Shown: positions 47,555 to 57,500 of the stretch, piece after piece
Layout: each line of letters begins with the position of its first letter
How positions within the stretch are numbered: the stretch's first letter is position 1
Source: a plasmid
Length of the DNA stretch: 64,000 nt
Sequence record: NZ_CP145916.1
Direction: 5' to 3' (one strand)
Notes under the pieces: generated by a model
What the model saw: only the letters and a program-made list of their open reading frames with translations
Database searches by the model: none
Told to the model about the DNA's origin: nothing
Program-made: the position numbers and the translations under genes

Positions 47555-49381
47555 ATGGGTATATACAATTCACTCCCGATTGTGGCGCGTGCTCTTGGTG
47601 ATCAACTTAACATTGATGTTACTGTTGGTGGCTCTGATGCGTATGCTTCTGTTTCAAATGGTAAGGCTCTTATCAACATTCCGTATTATAAGAATGCTGA
47701 TGATTTGTCTGATGCTTTACTGGGTTTTACTGTGCATGAAGCCGCTCACATTCGATTTACTGAGTTTGATTTGTTCCAGCCTGCTCTTAATGGGTTAGCT
47801 GGTCAGTCAGTCGAAGTTAAGGATGAGTTTGGCTCTCTGGTCGCTTCTGGTCGCTATAACAAGAAGGTGCTCCACTCTCTCTGGAATATCGCTGAGGATT
47901 TACGCATTGAACGTTCAATGGTGCGTATTTATCCCGGCACTATCCGTTTTCTTCAAGCTGTACGCAGTTTTGTTTTTGACGGTAAGTATGACGCGAGTGA
48001 TGTACCTGCTGTGATTTATCTGGATACTATGCTTCTTTGTGGTCGCCAGCGTTATCACGGCTTTGATACTCACGCTGATGTACGTCGCAATGAGTTCATA
48101 TCTGTGTTTGGTCAGGAATTACTGGAAAAGTCTCTTGATATTCTGGGTTTAGCTGTCTTCGCGGATACTACTCTCGGATGTCTTGATGTCGCCCGGCAGT
48201 TATATGACCTCGCTATAGATGCTTTTGAAAAGAAAGATGATGATGAGGATAATACCCCGTCCCCGTCCAATTCTGATCAAAACGATAACTCATCTGGTGA
48301 TTCTGATAGTTCTAACGATTCTGCTGATGGTTCTGATGATTCTAATAGCCCTAATGGCTCTGACGATTCTGATAGTTCTAATGCTGGTTCTGATGACTCT
48401 GCTGATGATGCTGATAATGATGCCTCCGGTTCATCTGGAAGCTCTGACGGTAAACCTGATAGCACAGATTCACCATCATCCTGTTCAATAAACTCTGACC
48501 CGTTCGCTGATGCTGACGATGCTGATATAGATCGCGCCGCAAAAGATATTTCGGACAAGTTTAATGACATGATGAAAGACAAATTAACGCCTTCGCAACG
48601 TAAGGATCGTGTTGAACCTTTCTCTGTAACTCCCGGCAAGACTTTCTCCACTGGAAATGCCAGTGTCACTCGTGGCATAGCTGGTTCCGCTGGTTTACGT
48701 CAGTCTCTTAATGGATTGTTACAAGGGATGCAACACACTCGTCGAACGCATAAAGAGTACGGTCATAAAATTGATGGGCGATTACTGGGTACTGTCTTAA
48801 CTGGCAATACCAAGATTTTCAAACACAAGTCTAAAACTGTTGCTCTGAACTCTGCATTTACCATCCTGCTAGATTCCAGTAGCTCTATGAGTGGAAGCAT
48901 TACTGAGGCCGAAGCTGCGGTTGTTTCATTGCTATATGCACTTGATAACCTGCCCGGCGTAACAACCTCTGCTTATCACTTTCCTCATACCACTAGAAAC
49001 TCAGTTGGTAAATTAAAAGACCGCAAGCAAACTCTGCGTCAAGCCATTGCTGCTAACCATTTCGGTATCCACACGACAGGCTCTACGCCTCTCAGTGGTG
49101 CTTTATGGCCCGCAATAGTTGACTTGGCCGTAGAGAAAGCTGACCAACGTATCTTGATTGTTTGTACTGATGGCGAACCTGATTCTAAGGAAGACGTTAT
49201 TCAAATGATTAATGATGCAAAATCTGACGGTATGGTTGTTATAGGTATTGGTTTCGGTTCTGTGAGCCAATCCTCAATGACCCGCATTTTCGGTAGTACA
49301 GGCATTTGCATTGGCAGTCTTGTTCATTTACGTACAAAACTGTTTGATGTGACCCGCGCCATATTAACGAATCGCAAATAA
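47555..49381 (+). CDS. von Willebrand factor A domain protein (CobT-like partner of the AAA ATPase)
   Basis: MIDAS motif TILLDSSSSMSG; acidic Ser/Asp-rich linker; C-terminal VCTDGEPD. Confidence 0.65.
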   Translation: MGIYNSLPIVARALGDQLNIDVTVGGSDAYASVSNGKALINIPYYKNADDLSDALLGFTVHEAAHIRFTEFDLFQPALNGLAGQSVEVKDEFGSLVASGRYNKKVLHSLWNIAEDLRIERSMVRIYPGTIRFLQAVRSFVFDGKYDASDVPAVIYLDTMLLCGRQRYHGFDTHADVRRNEFISVFGQELLEKSLDILGLAVFADTTLGCLDVARQLYDLAIDAFEKKDDDEDNTPSPSNSDQNDNSSGDSDSSNDSADGSDDSNSPNGSDDSDSSNAGSDDSADDADNDASGSSGSSDGKPDSTDSPSSCSINSDPFADADDADIDRAAKDISDKFNDMMKDKLTPSQRKDRVEPFSVTPGKTFSTGNASVTRGIAGSAGLRQSLNGLLQGMQHTRRTHKEYGHKIDGRLLGTVLTGNTKIFKHKSKTVALNSAFTILLDSSSSMSGSITEAEAAVVSLLYALDNLPGVTTSAYHFPHTTRNSVGKLKDRKQTLRQAIAANHFGIHTTGSTPLSGALWPAIVDLAVEKADQRILIVCTDGEPDSKEDVIQMINDAKSDGMVVIGIGFGSVSQSSMTRIFGSTGICIGSLVHLRTKLFDVTRAILTNRK

Positions 49382-49393
49382 ATACCTAACTAT

Positions 49394-49420
49394 CTATTAA
49401 ATATATTAAATATATCAAGG
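49394..49420 (+). promoter_or_regulatory. island promoter cassette copy 10
   Basis: CTATTAAATATATTAAATATATCAAGG. Confidence 0.4.
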
Positions 49421-49428
49421 ACTATTAA

Positions 49429-49908
49429 ATGGCTCCTAAAACTAAGCATGTTGATAAATCGCAGTTGTCCTTTATGCACATTCTTGAAGCTGACGAAATA
49501 ACGTATGTTGCTCAATACGAAGAGTCTTATGACTTTAGATATAGCAGCAAAGTGGCTTACGAAATGATCCGTGACTCACTATATTTAATGACGTTTTTCC
49601 GAAGTAATTTACAGCAACGTATTGATGAAATCTCATGGTTATTCTCTGATGTTAATCAGGATGACATTTGCTCTTTCCATACGTGCTGCAAAATGAATGG
49701 CTTAGACCCTCATGAGGTACACATGAGTGTATTGCATGGCTGGAAAAGGGATCTTGACGAAAAGCAATCCGTCCTCAAGTGCCCTAATCACCCTCGTTAT
49801 AATGTTGTAAAAAACTATATCGATTGTGAGCTGGCTGGTTATGAAAAGTATGTGAAGGCTTTCTACATCACATATCCCTATGAGTCTGCGAAACGTAAAA
49901 CCAAATAA
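49429..49908 (+). CDS. hypothetical protein (Cys/His-containing)
   Basis: AAGGA SD; no family recognised. Confidence 0.5.
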   Translation: MAPKTKHVDKSQLSFMHILEADEITYVAQYEESYDFRYSSKVAYEMIRDSLYLMTFFRSNLQQRIDEISWLFSDVNQDDICSFHTCCKMNGLDPHEVHMSVLHGWKRDLDEKQSVLKCPNHPRYNVVKNYIDCELAGYEKYVKAFYITYPYESAKRKTK

Positions 49909-49915
49909 CAAATAT

Positions 49916-49940
49916 AAACGCTGACTTCTGTCAGCGTTTT
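49916..49940 (+). terminator. intrinsic terminator
   Basis: AAACGCTGACTTCTGTCAGCGTTTT. Confidence 0.7.
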
Positions 49941-50084
49941 AATTTGGAATCTATCGACATGAAAATATATCAACTTCATTTTTAATGAGGGTGTTGGTCA
50001 GTCTCGCCATGAGCCTGATTTTTCACACTCAATGACCTTATCGTTATTGTGTAATACAACCAACAATTCAATAGGATCTTAGCC

Positions 50085-50465
50085 ATGAAAACCCTCATTA
50101 AATTTATCAAATCTATTTTTTGCAACACACCAACCTCTACCTCTCCTGATGATAATCCGTATTGCAATGACCCTATTGTAATAGCTGATTTAGGCCGTCG
50201 CATTGAGCATAAGGAAGCTTTCTTTAATCTTTATGTTCGTTGTTCTTCTGACAGCGGTTCTCACTTCCCGGTCTATCTTGCTCAGATGATAAGGAGCTGC
50301 CGTCTTCACATGTTTTCATTACCTGTGAATGAGCGTCAGTCATTCTTTGATTTTTGCTTGGTTCATAAGGTTGATATTTCTATTCAATCGTTAGAAGTAG
50401 CGAATGAACAAGAAAAGGCATGTCTTGCAAAAAATAACAATCAGGTTTCTTTTAAAGAGGCTTGA
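50085..50465 (+). CDS. hypothetical protein
   Basis: ORF; weak RBS. Confidence 0.4.
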   Translation: MKTLIKFIKSIFCNTPTSTSPDDNPYCNDPIVIADLGRRIEHKEAFFNLYVRCSSDSGSHFPVYLAQMIRSCRLHMFSLPVNERQSFFDFCLVHKVDISIQSLEVANEQEKACLAKNNNQVSFKEA

Positions 50466-50483
50466 TTCTTCGCGAGGTTTTGT

Positions 50484-50714
50484 ATGAAGGAAATAAAGTA
50501 TCTTTCATTTACCCAAAATGAAAAGCACTACCTTGTTCCTGAAACTGAGGTCATCGACAGGTGGCTTTCAATTTCAAAAAGTAGTGTTGAAAACCTTATT
50601 TTAAAAAATGGTTTTCAGTATCGCGCAGAAAATATAAAGGAAGTCATTCTTCTGGATCTATCTTCTTGCCCAGAACGTTCAGTGGTCATTTCAACTGAGC
50701 CGTTTGACTTCTAA
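50484..50714 (+). CDS. hypothetical small protein
   Basis: GAGG SD. Confidence 0.35.
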   Translation: MKEIKYLSFTQNEKHYLVPETEVIDRWLSISKSSVENLILKNGFQYRAENIKEVILLDLSSCPERSVVISTEPFDF

Positions 50715-50716
50715 AA

Positions 50717-50741
50717 CAATTTAAATATATAAATATATGGG
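50717..50741 (+). promoter_or_regulatory. island promoter cassette copy 11
   Basis: CAATTTAAATATATAAATATATGGG. Confidence 0.4.
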
Positions 50742-50749
50742 AATCAACT

Positions 50750-51133
50750 ATGTGTGATGAAAACTCAATATATGGTTTTGTGTCCGGCCAGATGGATATT
50801 TGGCCTTCCTCCAGTTCAAATGATTTAAGTGATTTATTGCTTATTTCTCATGATATGGAAACCATAAAGATACTCGAATCAAAAGGCATTGGTACGCACC
50901 ATACCAGTTTTGGTGTTACGCTCAATCAGTCTAAAGCAATAATGCTCGCTACACGGCTTGCTTACTGCTGTTCTTGTGGTCGGTTTTCTGATCGCAAACT
51001 TGATGATCTCAAAAGTGAAATTGTTGAAAACGGTGTGAGTATTTGCCCCGGATTCTTCAATCAAGCAATGTCAGAGGCCATGCGATTTGTCGCTAGTGAA
51101 CCTGACTTCATGAGACAACAGAAACGCTGGTAA
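50750..51133 (+). CDS. hypothetical protein
   Basis: ORF directly after the cassette. Confidence 0.45.
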   Translation: MCDENSIYGFVSGQMDIWPSSSSNDLSDLLLISHDMETIKILESKGIGTHHTSFGVTLNQSKAIMLATRLAYCCSCGRFSDRKLDDLKSEIVENGVSICPGFFNQAMSEAMRFVASEPDFMRQQKRW

Positions 51134-51201
51134 AACAGTTTTTCTGATATCCCATAAACTTCCCCCCGGCGTTATTCCATTAACGCTAACATCCCTCGAA
51201 A

Positions 51202-51393
51202 GTGAGCTTTAACATGACTACTAACAACCTTCGTTTTGCCTCCCTGCTGTTCATCTTCATCATTGCGATGATTGTGATTTTCCGTGGTGAGTCTATCGGG
51301 ATAAAGATTACTGAGGAATTGCTGTTTAAATTCCTATTCTTTATCTCCCTACCTCTTTCCTTTGTGAAAGCAAAGAAAAAGAAGAAAAAATGA
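51202..51393 (+). CDS. small hydrophobic protein (start may be the ATG at 51214)
   Basis: two TM helices, poly-Lys tail; followed by strong terminator. Confidence 0.35.
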   Translation: MSFNMTTNNLRFASLLFIFIIAMIVIFRGESIGIKITEELLFKFLFFISLPLSFVKAKKKKKK

Positions 51394-51415
51394 AAGTGTG
51401 TTAGATAACGAACCT

Positions 51416-51449
51416 TAAAAAACCCCGTCTTTTAGATGGGGTTTTTTTT
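51416..51449 (+). terminator. intrinsic terminator closing the island
   Basis: AAAAACCCCGTCTTTTAGATGGGGTTTTTTTTG. Confidence 0.75.
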
Positions 51450-51586
51450 GCTTTCTTTTTCCACGAATGAGAACTCCCTTCAAAATACGCCCCCAATACA
51501 ACCACAAAATCAATCACTTAAAAACACAAACCACTTCTATCATGCTGTTAAAAAAAATCCCTCTGAGAAAACATTTTTTCGCCCCT

Positions 51587-51600
51587 GTTTTGTCCCCTTT
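51587..51600 (+). promoter_or_regulatory. regulon box GTTTTGTCCCCTTT upstream of the regulator-traF-traH-traG operon
   Basis: 14-mer identical to 58157-58170 upstream of traN. Confidence 0.45.
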
Positions 51601-51704
51601 TATCCGTGCCTTGCCTGTTGCTTTCATGTAAAAATCCTGATTCTGATGATAAATACGAGGCAAACGAGGTGAAACCATACTTAACGGAACCCCCCTGCGC
51701 ATTG

Positions 51705-51995
51705 ATGATGCCTGCATACAAAATACCCCCTCTGTTAAATGACGGCTCTCTGAAAGCTACAGTGCGAATTGAGCTAGAACGTAAGTATGGCACTCGTATG
51801 TCGCTTGATGCTGTCTGTGCAGAATTGGGCATGATGAAAAACGCCATCGTCCACAAGATCGGGAATAGCAAATTTCAGCACCATTTAATTTTCCGTAACT
51901 TGCTGGACGCTCGTGTGTTTCCCGGTAAAAACACCGCTTTTTGGACAGAGAAAATTTCCGCGATTTTGATAGAGGGAAACACCAATGGCCTATAG
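51705..51995 (+). CDS. putative small DNA-binding regulator (HTH-like)
   Basis: 97 aa from ATG at 51705; RMSLDAVCAELGMMKNAIVHKIG resembles a helix-turn-helix; overlaps traF start. Confidence 0.35.
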   Translation: MMPAYKIPPLLNDGSLKATVRIELERKYGTRMSLDAVCAELGMMKNAIVHKIGNSKFQHHLIFRNLLDARVFPGKNTAFWTEKISAILIEGNTNGL

Positions 51996-53076
51996 ACGTT
52001 TTATTAAAACATCCCTCGCCGTTCTTGTTGGATGTACCGTTTATTCTCACTCCTTCCTCGCTGTGGCCGCTTATGGACAAGAACAGGAGATAAAGACCAG
52101 TGGTGATGTTTACGCTGGTGGTAAAGAGTTTCAGAAAGAAAAGGATCAGGGCTGGTTTTGGAAGAAAGACCCGCCAATGCCGGTTAAAGAAGAGCCTGTT
52201 CCAGCACCGGAACCAGAGAAAAAGCCGGATGACGAAAAAGAGCAAGACAAGCAAATGCCAGTTGCTCCACCATCTCCACCATCTGCTCAGGAAGAGAAGA
52301 AAGGCCCAGCCCCCTTCTCAGTAGTCTGGTTCAGAGAGAACATCCAAGACATTCGTGATAGAGCGATTGACGACCCGACACCTGAGAACGTCAGAGCATA
52401 TTTACTGGCCCAGAGAATTATGTTGGATAAAGCCAGTCGGTACAAAGATATGGCTCAGCTGATATCGATTACTGACCCCATTATTGACGAAACAGGGCGA
52501 CGCTCCACTTCCTCATTTGGCTCGCTGTCTCAATCAGTTTCAGCAGAAGAAAATGAGAAACAGGTTGCTCGTGAAATTGGTAAAAAAGCGGGCCTGTTTT
52601 TCTTCTTCAAAGGTGAAGGCTGCAAATTGTGCTCTCAACAGGCATCTGTTATGCAGACGTTCAGCTACCTTACCAATATCCCTGTCATCCCCATATCGAT
52701 TGACGGGCATAACCTTCCGGGTAATCCATTCCCGAATGTTCGTGTTGATGATGGGCAGGCAAAAAAATTACAGATACGAAATGTGCCCGCCATTGCACTT
52801 GCTATCCCACCAGATCAAACCCGAATTGTATCGTTTGGCCCTATCAGTGCCGACCAACTGATGAAACGAACAGTGCTAATTGCGCATGATGCGGGCCTTG
52901 TCTCTGATGACAGTTACAAAAGTACGCTTCCGTTTAATGACAACGGGTACATCGACTCAGACATCCTGAAAGACATGCCGGAAGAGTACATGCAGAACCC
53001 AGACCAGTTTATTAAGTATATCCAGACGAAAGCCGGATATACCCCTACCGATCAGAGCCCACCGGCTAAAAAATAA
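51985..53076 (+). CDS. traF: TraF-family thioredoxin-fold pilus assembly protein (with CxxC, TrbB-like)
   Basis: C-terminal region aligns to F TraF (FFFKGEGCKLCSQQ...IPVIPISIDG...VPAIALAIPPDQTRIVSFGPISADQL); signal peptide. Confidence 0.7.
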   Translation: MAYRRFIKTSLAVLVGCTVYSHSFLAVAAYGQEQEIKTSGDVYAGGKEFQKEKDQGWFWKKDPPMPVKEEPVPAPEPEKKPDDEKEQDKQMPVAPPSPPSAQEEKKGPAPFSVVWFRENIQDIRDRAIDDPTPENVRAYLLAQRIMLDKASRYKDMAQLISITDPIIDETGRRSTSSFGSLSQSVSAEENEKQVAREIGKKAGLFFFFKGEGCKLCSQQASVMQTFSYLTNIPVIPISIDGHNLPGNPFPNVRVDDGQAKKLQIRNVPAIALAIPPDQTRIVSFGPISADQLMKRTVLIAHDAGLVSDDSYKSTLPFNDNGYIDSDILKDMPEEYMQNPDQFIKYIQTKAGYTPTDQSPPAKK

Positions 53077-53089
53077 GGGAACAGTAAAG

Positions 53090-54541
53090 ATGAAAATAGA
53101 TACACAGAAGTGCAAGTCTTCAAAAAGCATGAAGAGATCAATCCTGTCTTCGCTTGTCCTCATGGCCGGACTTTTATCGTTTACATCAAATGCAAACGCA
53201 GACAGCATCAATGACCAGCTTAATAACATGTTTGGCTCGATGTCTAACACGACAAGGCCCGGTGACTATCACAGTGTCACCCGCGATGGATACACGGGGG
53301 GAGGATTCACCCTACGTAATAAGCTCCGCTCCCTGACACCAGTCAATATTCAGCTGCCCAGCGCGGCTGGTGGATGTGGTGGTATCGATCTGTTTGGTGG
53401 CTCCTTCTCATTTATCAATGCCGATGAGTTCGTTCAAATGCTGCGTAATATCGCGGCCAATGCCTCCGGCCTTGCTTTCCAGCTCGCCCTTAATGCGATG
53501 GACGCTGTTTTAGATAACGCCATCTCCCGTATGCAAGCTGTCATCCAACAGATGAACGACCTTACAGCTAACTCTTGCCAACTTGCCAAAGGTCTTTTGG
53601 TGGATACCGCTGCGGCCTTTGGGTCAGAAGCGAAAGCATCAGTTTCAGCTCAATTATCATCAGATGGTTTAAGCGATCAGTTCGACGCATTCATGGGCGG
53701 TATGAACGGCAGTAAATCATCCCCTGCTAAAAAAGAAGATGCGGGTAAGCGAGTAGCTTGTAAGGACTATGGAAACTTAATGTGGTGCTTGCTGAATAAC
53801 GGGCAATTCACTAACCAGTTCCTCGGCTCTACGGATCAGCAAAAAGAGTTCATCATGTCGATTACCGGTACGTACATCGTGCCAAAAAATATTTCGACGG
53901 ATGACACCGGTAATCTCATTGGTGGTGCGCCAATTCTAATCGCTCCGCTTGATACCTCTGATGCGCTTGAAGCATTGGTAAACGGTAATACAGCATTTGA
54001 TATTTACAAATGCACTGATACTGAAAGCTGCGCAAATCCACAAACTACTACACTGGCTATCACTGGGCTCGCGCAAAAGATAATCCAATTCTTTGATGCA
54101 GAGGGTTATCTTTCTGATGTTGTTGCCGGAACCCCACTAACAACGTCTCAGCTACAAAAAGCACTTTTCTTTAACTCTATTGGCGCTTCATCCAATGCCT
54201 CAAGCATGGCTAAGTACGACATAAACTTAGCAACAGCTTACGTCAAAGAAATTGCCCCTATCCTTGCCTACTCCGCTGCTAACCAGTATCTGAGAGATAT
54301 GCTGACCGCTGCGGCAACCAGTGCAAAGTATGAAATTGATAACAATAATCCGGCTGCTGAATCCTACGCAAAAACAATTGTCCTGATTTCTGAAGCCCGC
54401 CAAAGGTTGGCCGATTCATACCTTGCTTATACCAGTAAATACGGCGGTGAAAGCAAAATCATTGAGTTGAGGGATACATTTATGAAAGGGATTCCTGTGC
54501 AAAAATTTGAAGAAAGCCAGAAACCACTCAGCGCACAGTAA
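53090..54541 (+). CDS. traH: TraH-family protein
   Basis: signal peptide, size, position between traF and traG. Confidence 0.6.
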   Translation: MKIDTQKCKSSKSMKRSILSSLVLMAGLLSFTSNANADSINDQLNNMFGSMSNTTRPGDYHSVTRDGYTGGGFTLRNKLRSLTPVNIQLPSAAGGCGGIDLFGGSFSFINADEFVQMLRNIAANASGLAFQLALNAMDAVLDNAISRMQAVIQQMNDLTANSCQLAKGLLVDTAAAFGSEAKASVSAQLSSDGLSDQFDAFMGGMNGSKSSPAKKEDAGKRVACKDYGNLMWCLLNNGQFTNQFLGSTDQQKEFIMSITGTYIVPKNISTDDTGNLIGGAPILIAPLDTSDALEALVNGNTAFDIYKCTDTESCANPQTTTLAITGLAQKIIQFFDAEGYLSDVVAGTPLTTSQLQKALFFNSIGASSNASSMAKYDINLATAYVKEIAPILAYSAANQYLRDMLTAAATSAKYEIDNNNPAAESYAKTIVLISEARQRLADSYLAYTSKYGGESKIIELRDTFMKGIPVQKFEESQKPLSAQ

Positions 54542-54550
54542 GGGGTATTT

Positions 54551-57500
54551 ATGAGCGAATGGAATATTTATACCGTTGGGAGCGTTGATTTTCTTTACAA
54601 CGTTTTAAACGCGATAGCCATGATGATGAACAGTGGTCTATTTTCTGACATCTTTCGTATAGCTGCCCTGCTGGGCGTTATCGGTATCGTCATCGCGTCT
54701 GCTATCTCTGGGGGGAAAACATTATCCCTTGGGCAAATGGCTGTGTGTGTTGTTATGTATATGTGCTTCTTTCAGGTATCTACAAGGGTTAACCTCGAAG
54801 ATGTGACCACGGGTGAGTTTAAAGCGGTGGATAACGTGCCTTTCGGCCTTGCTGCACCTGCCTCCCTGATTTCACTGATTGGTTATTCAATCACTGAGAA
54901 TATGGAACAGGCTTTCTCTACCCCTGCCATGACTCAGTACGGCGCATTAGACCCATTATTTACGATGGCATCTCTTTACGACACGATGACGACGCCTATG
55001 CGCTGGAGGATGGGATCAACCACTGATAAAAACCTCACGAAATCTATCGAAAACTATGTCAGAGATTGCGTTATCAGTGATATTGCGAGAGGCGCTAATA
55101 CCTATTCAAATATCTGGAGAAACAGCAGTGGCATAAACTCTTTAACTTCTAGTGATTTTGCTACCTATGCTGTCATTGAAGACGGTAAAAACTCAAATGG
55201 CCCCTTCAATAACCCACGCCGAGCTTCTCAATATCGGTGTGGAGATGCACTTACTAAGGTGAAAGATCAGCTTAGTGAGCAGGCCACAGAAGTTGATACG
55301 AATATGGCGAATACCTTGAAGGCAATTGGCCGTTGTACAAATTGTTCAGCCTCTGAAAAATCACTTGCTATGATGAGTTTCTACAACCAAAACTCTACCT
55401 CTGTCCGTGATTTTCAGCTTCAAATGATGATGATGCCGCTCATTTTAAATGTGCCGGTTGATGCTCAATTTGCAGCATTCAAAGGTAATGCAGCAATAGC
55501 CCGTGCTCAAACACAAACACAGCAGTCTTTCCAGTGGTCATCGAGTGGCTCTTCATTCTTGTACTGGATGTCGTCATTCATGCCCATATTCCAAGGGATC
55601 ATCTACGCCCTTGCCCCGTTCATGGCCTTCTTAATTGGTTTAGGTGTTATGGGGTTAAGGATGATTTTAAAATACTTTTTAATCATCATATGGACTCAAA
55701 CATGGCTACCCCTTGCAGCAGTCGTTAACCTGTATATTTTGACAAAACTACAGTCTTCTACCGCTGCGATAATGATTGTAGGCTTAAATAATGCGACAGG
55801 TTCTACAACAGACATCTCTTTCAACCAGATGTACGATATTTTAGTCGCCACACAAAAACATATTGCCTTGGCAGGTAACTTGTTTGCATTAATCCCTGCC
55901 CTCGGCGGTTTCATTGTTTGGGGTAGCTCCGTTGCCTTTAACTCACTGGCAAACTCAGCAGCAGCACCTGCACCAGCAGATACCAAAACGCTTGCACCTG
56001 ATGTGACTAATGCCCCTGCGTTAAACAGCAGACATGCTGAATTCTCCAGCTCTCCGATGTCGGGCACAACAATGACAGGTGCCTCTGGTGTTGTCGGTTC
56101 AATTTCAATGCAATCAATTGCATCAGAAAACCTAAGCAGTGCTAATGCCAGAAGAGAAATGGCATCAGCTCAAGAATCAGCTGCACGTAACACCATGATA
56201 AGCAAGCTGGCATCTAACCAAGAGTCGGGATCCCATTCCTCTGCTCAGAATGCAGCTATTTCCTCTGCAATAAGACAAAATTTCGGAAGCTCTGCCGATC
56301 AGATATTTAATTACATGGAAGCTCACGGAAAAACGGCTACTGATGCTATTTCTGATTTAAACACTGTTTCTATGGGAGCATCCGCTGGTCTTGGTACTGG
56401 AAGTGGCCCCGGCGTTAGTGCCGGTGTTTCTGGGGGGGCAACAAGCGCTTCAACTGATCAGCATGGTAACACCATTCAAGGAAGTAAAAACGCTTCAAAC
56501 AGTGATGCGGCTCGCCTTGCCTCATCTTTGGGGGCTAGTTTTGAAAAAAATCTCCAAGGTGCTCTTAACGATGTATCAACAAAAACAAGCCAGTTTGGTA
56601 TGTCTGCATCTGATGGGTCAACGTATTCAAACGCATACACTAATAATCAATCAGCTGAAAAAGCCTATACAGAAGCACAAATTTTCAGTCAATCCACATC
56701 CAGTAATCAATCTATGACCTTTGATGTCCTTGGAAATAAAGCTGCAACTACTCCAGGTCTTCCTGAAAAAATGCAGCAGCTGATAAATTCTGAACCGGGC
56801 GCGGCTCAAAGGCGTGATCAGTATGCAAATCAAATGCAAACTAACGGATTGGAAGGGGCTAATGCTTTAGCGGCTGCATCTGTGCTCGCATTAAAAGATG
56901 CTGGTCGGTTGAATGAGATTGCTCCAGAACTTGGGTTTACTTCCTCTGGTAGCCCTGAGATAACTTCAACTGCCGCAACGCAGAACTCATCCGTTGGTGC
57001 TGATGCTGCACAAGTAAGCAGAAACATCAAAAACATTGGAGGCCAAACTAAGGCTGGGGCCTCTTCTACTGAGTCGCAAGCACGCGGATTCGTGGACGAA
57101 CAAAAATCCTATACAGCTCCAAAAGCTACTTCTGCTCGCGTAGGTGAACGTTTTGATAATTACATTTCATCTGATGGCCCGGTGCAACATGACCATAACT
57201 CCAATAAGGCTAATATAGAAGCCCAACAGCATAACAGTGCATACAACATTGTTGCTGACACGCCTACTTCTAGGAGTATCGCGCGTGAGGGGCTCAGTTT
57301 AACTAATAATCTTGTATCCCGTTTAAATGACAATCCTGTTATACAAGAAACTCGCAGGCAAGCTCAGGAAGTTAACAACGCACAAGGTAATGGCTCACAA
57401 GCTAGTAATGCTATTGCTGAATATTATGCGCTTGGTAAAGCTGGTGTCGTTGGTGAGACTCTTCAACAGGCTCGTGACTTAGCTTTGGCACATGTCGCGC

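Noticed and set aside
38591-50741. CRISPR-like interpretation of the recurring TATTAAAT-containing repeats
   Set aside because: Repeats are ~27 nt, AT-rich, irregularly spaced by whole genes (0.4-1.8 kb), and always sit immediately upstream of start codons; no regular repeat-spacer periodicity and no cas genes.
55696-56067. antisense ORFs inside traG, traN (59694-60074, 60083-60367), relaxase (21085-21450) and traC (32841-33191)
   Set aside because: Embedded in long ORFs with strong family-level support; no RBS; typical spurious antisense frames.
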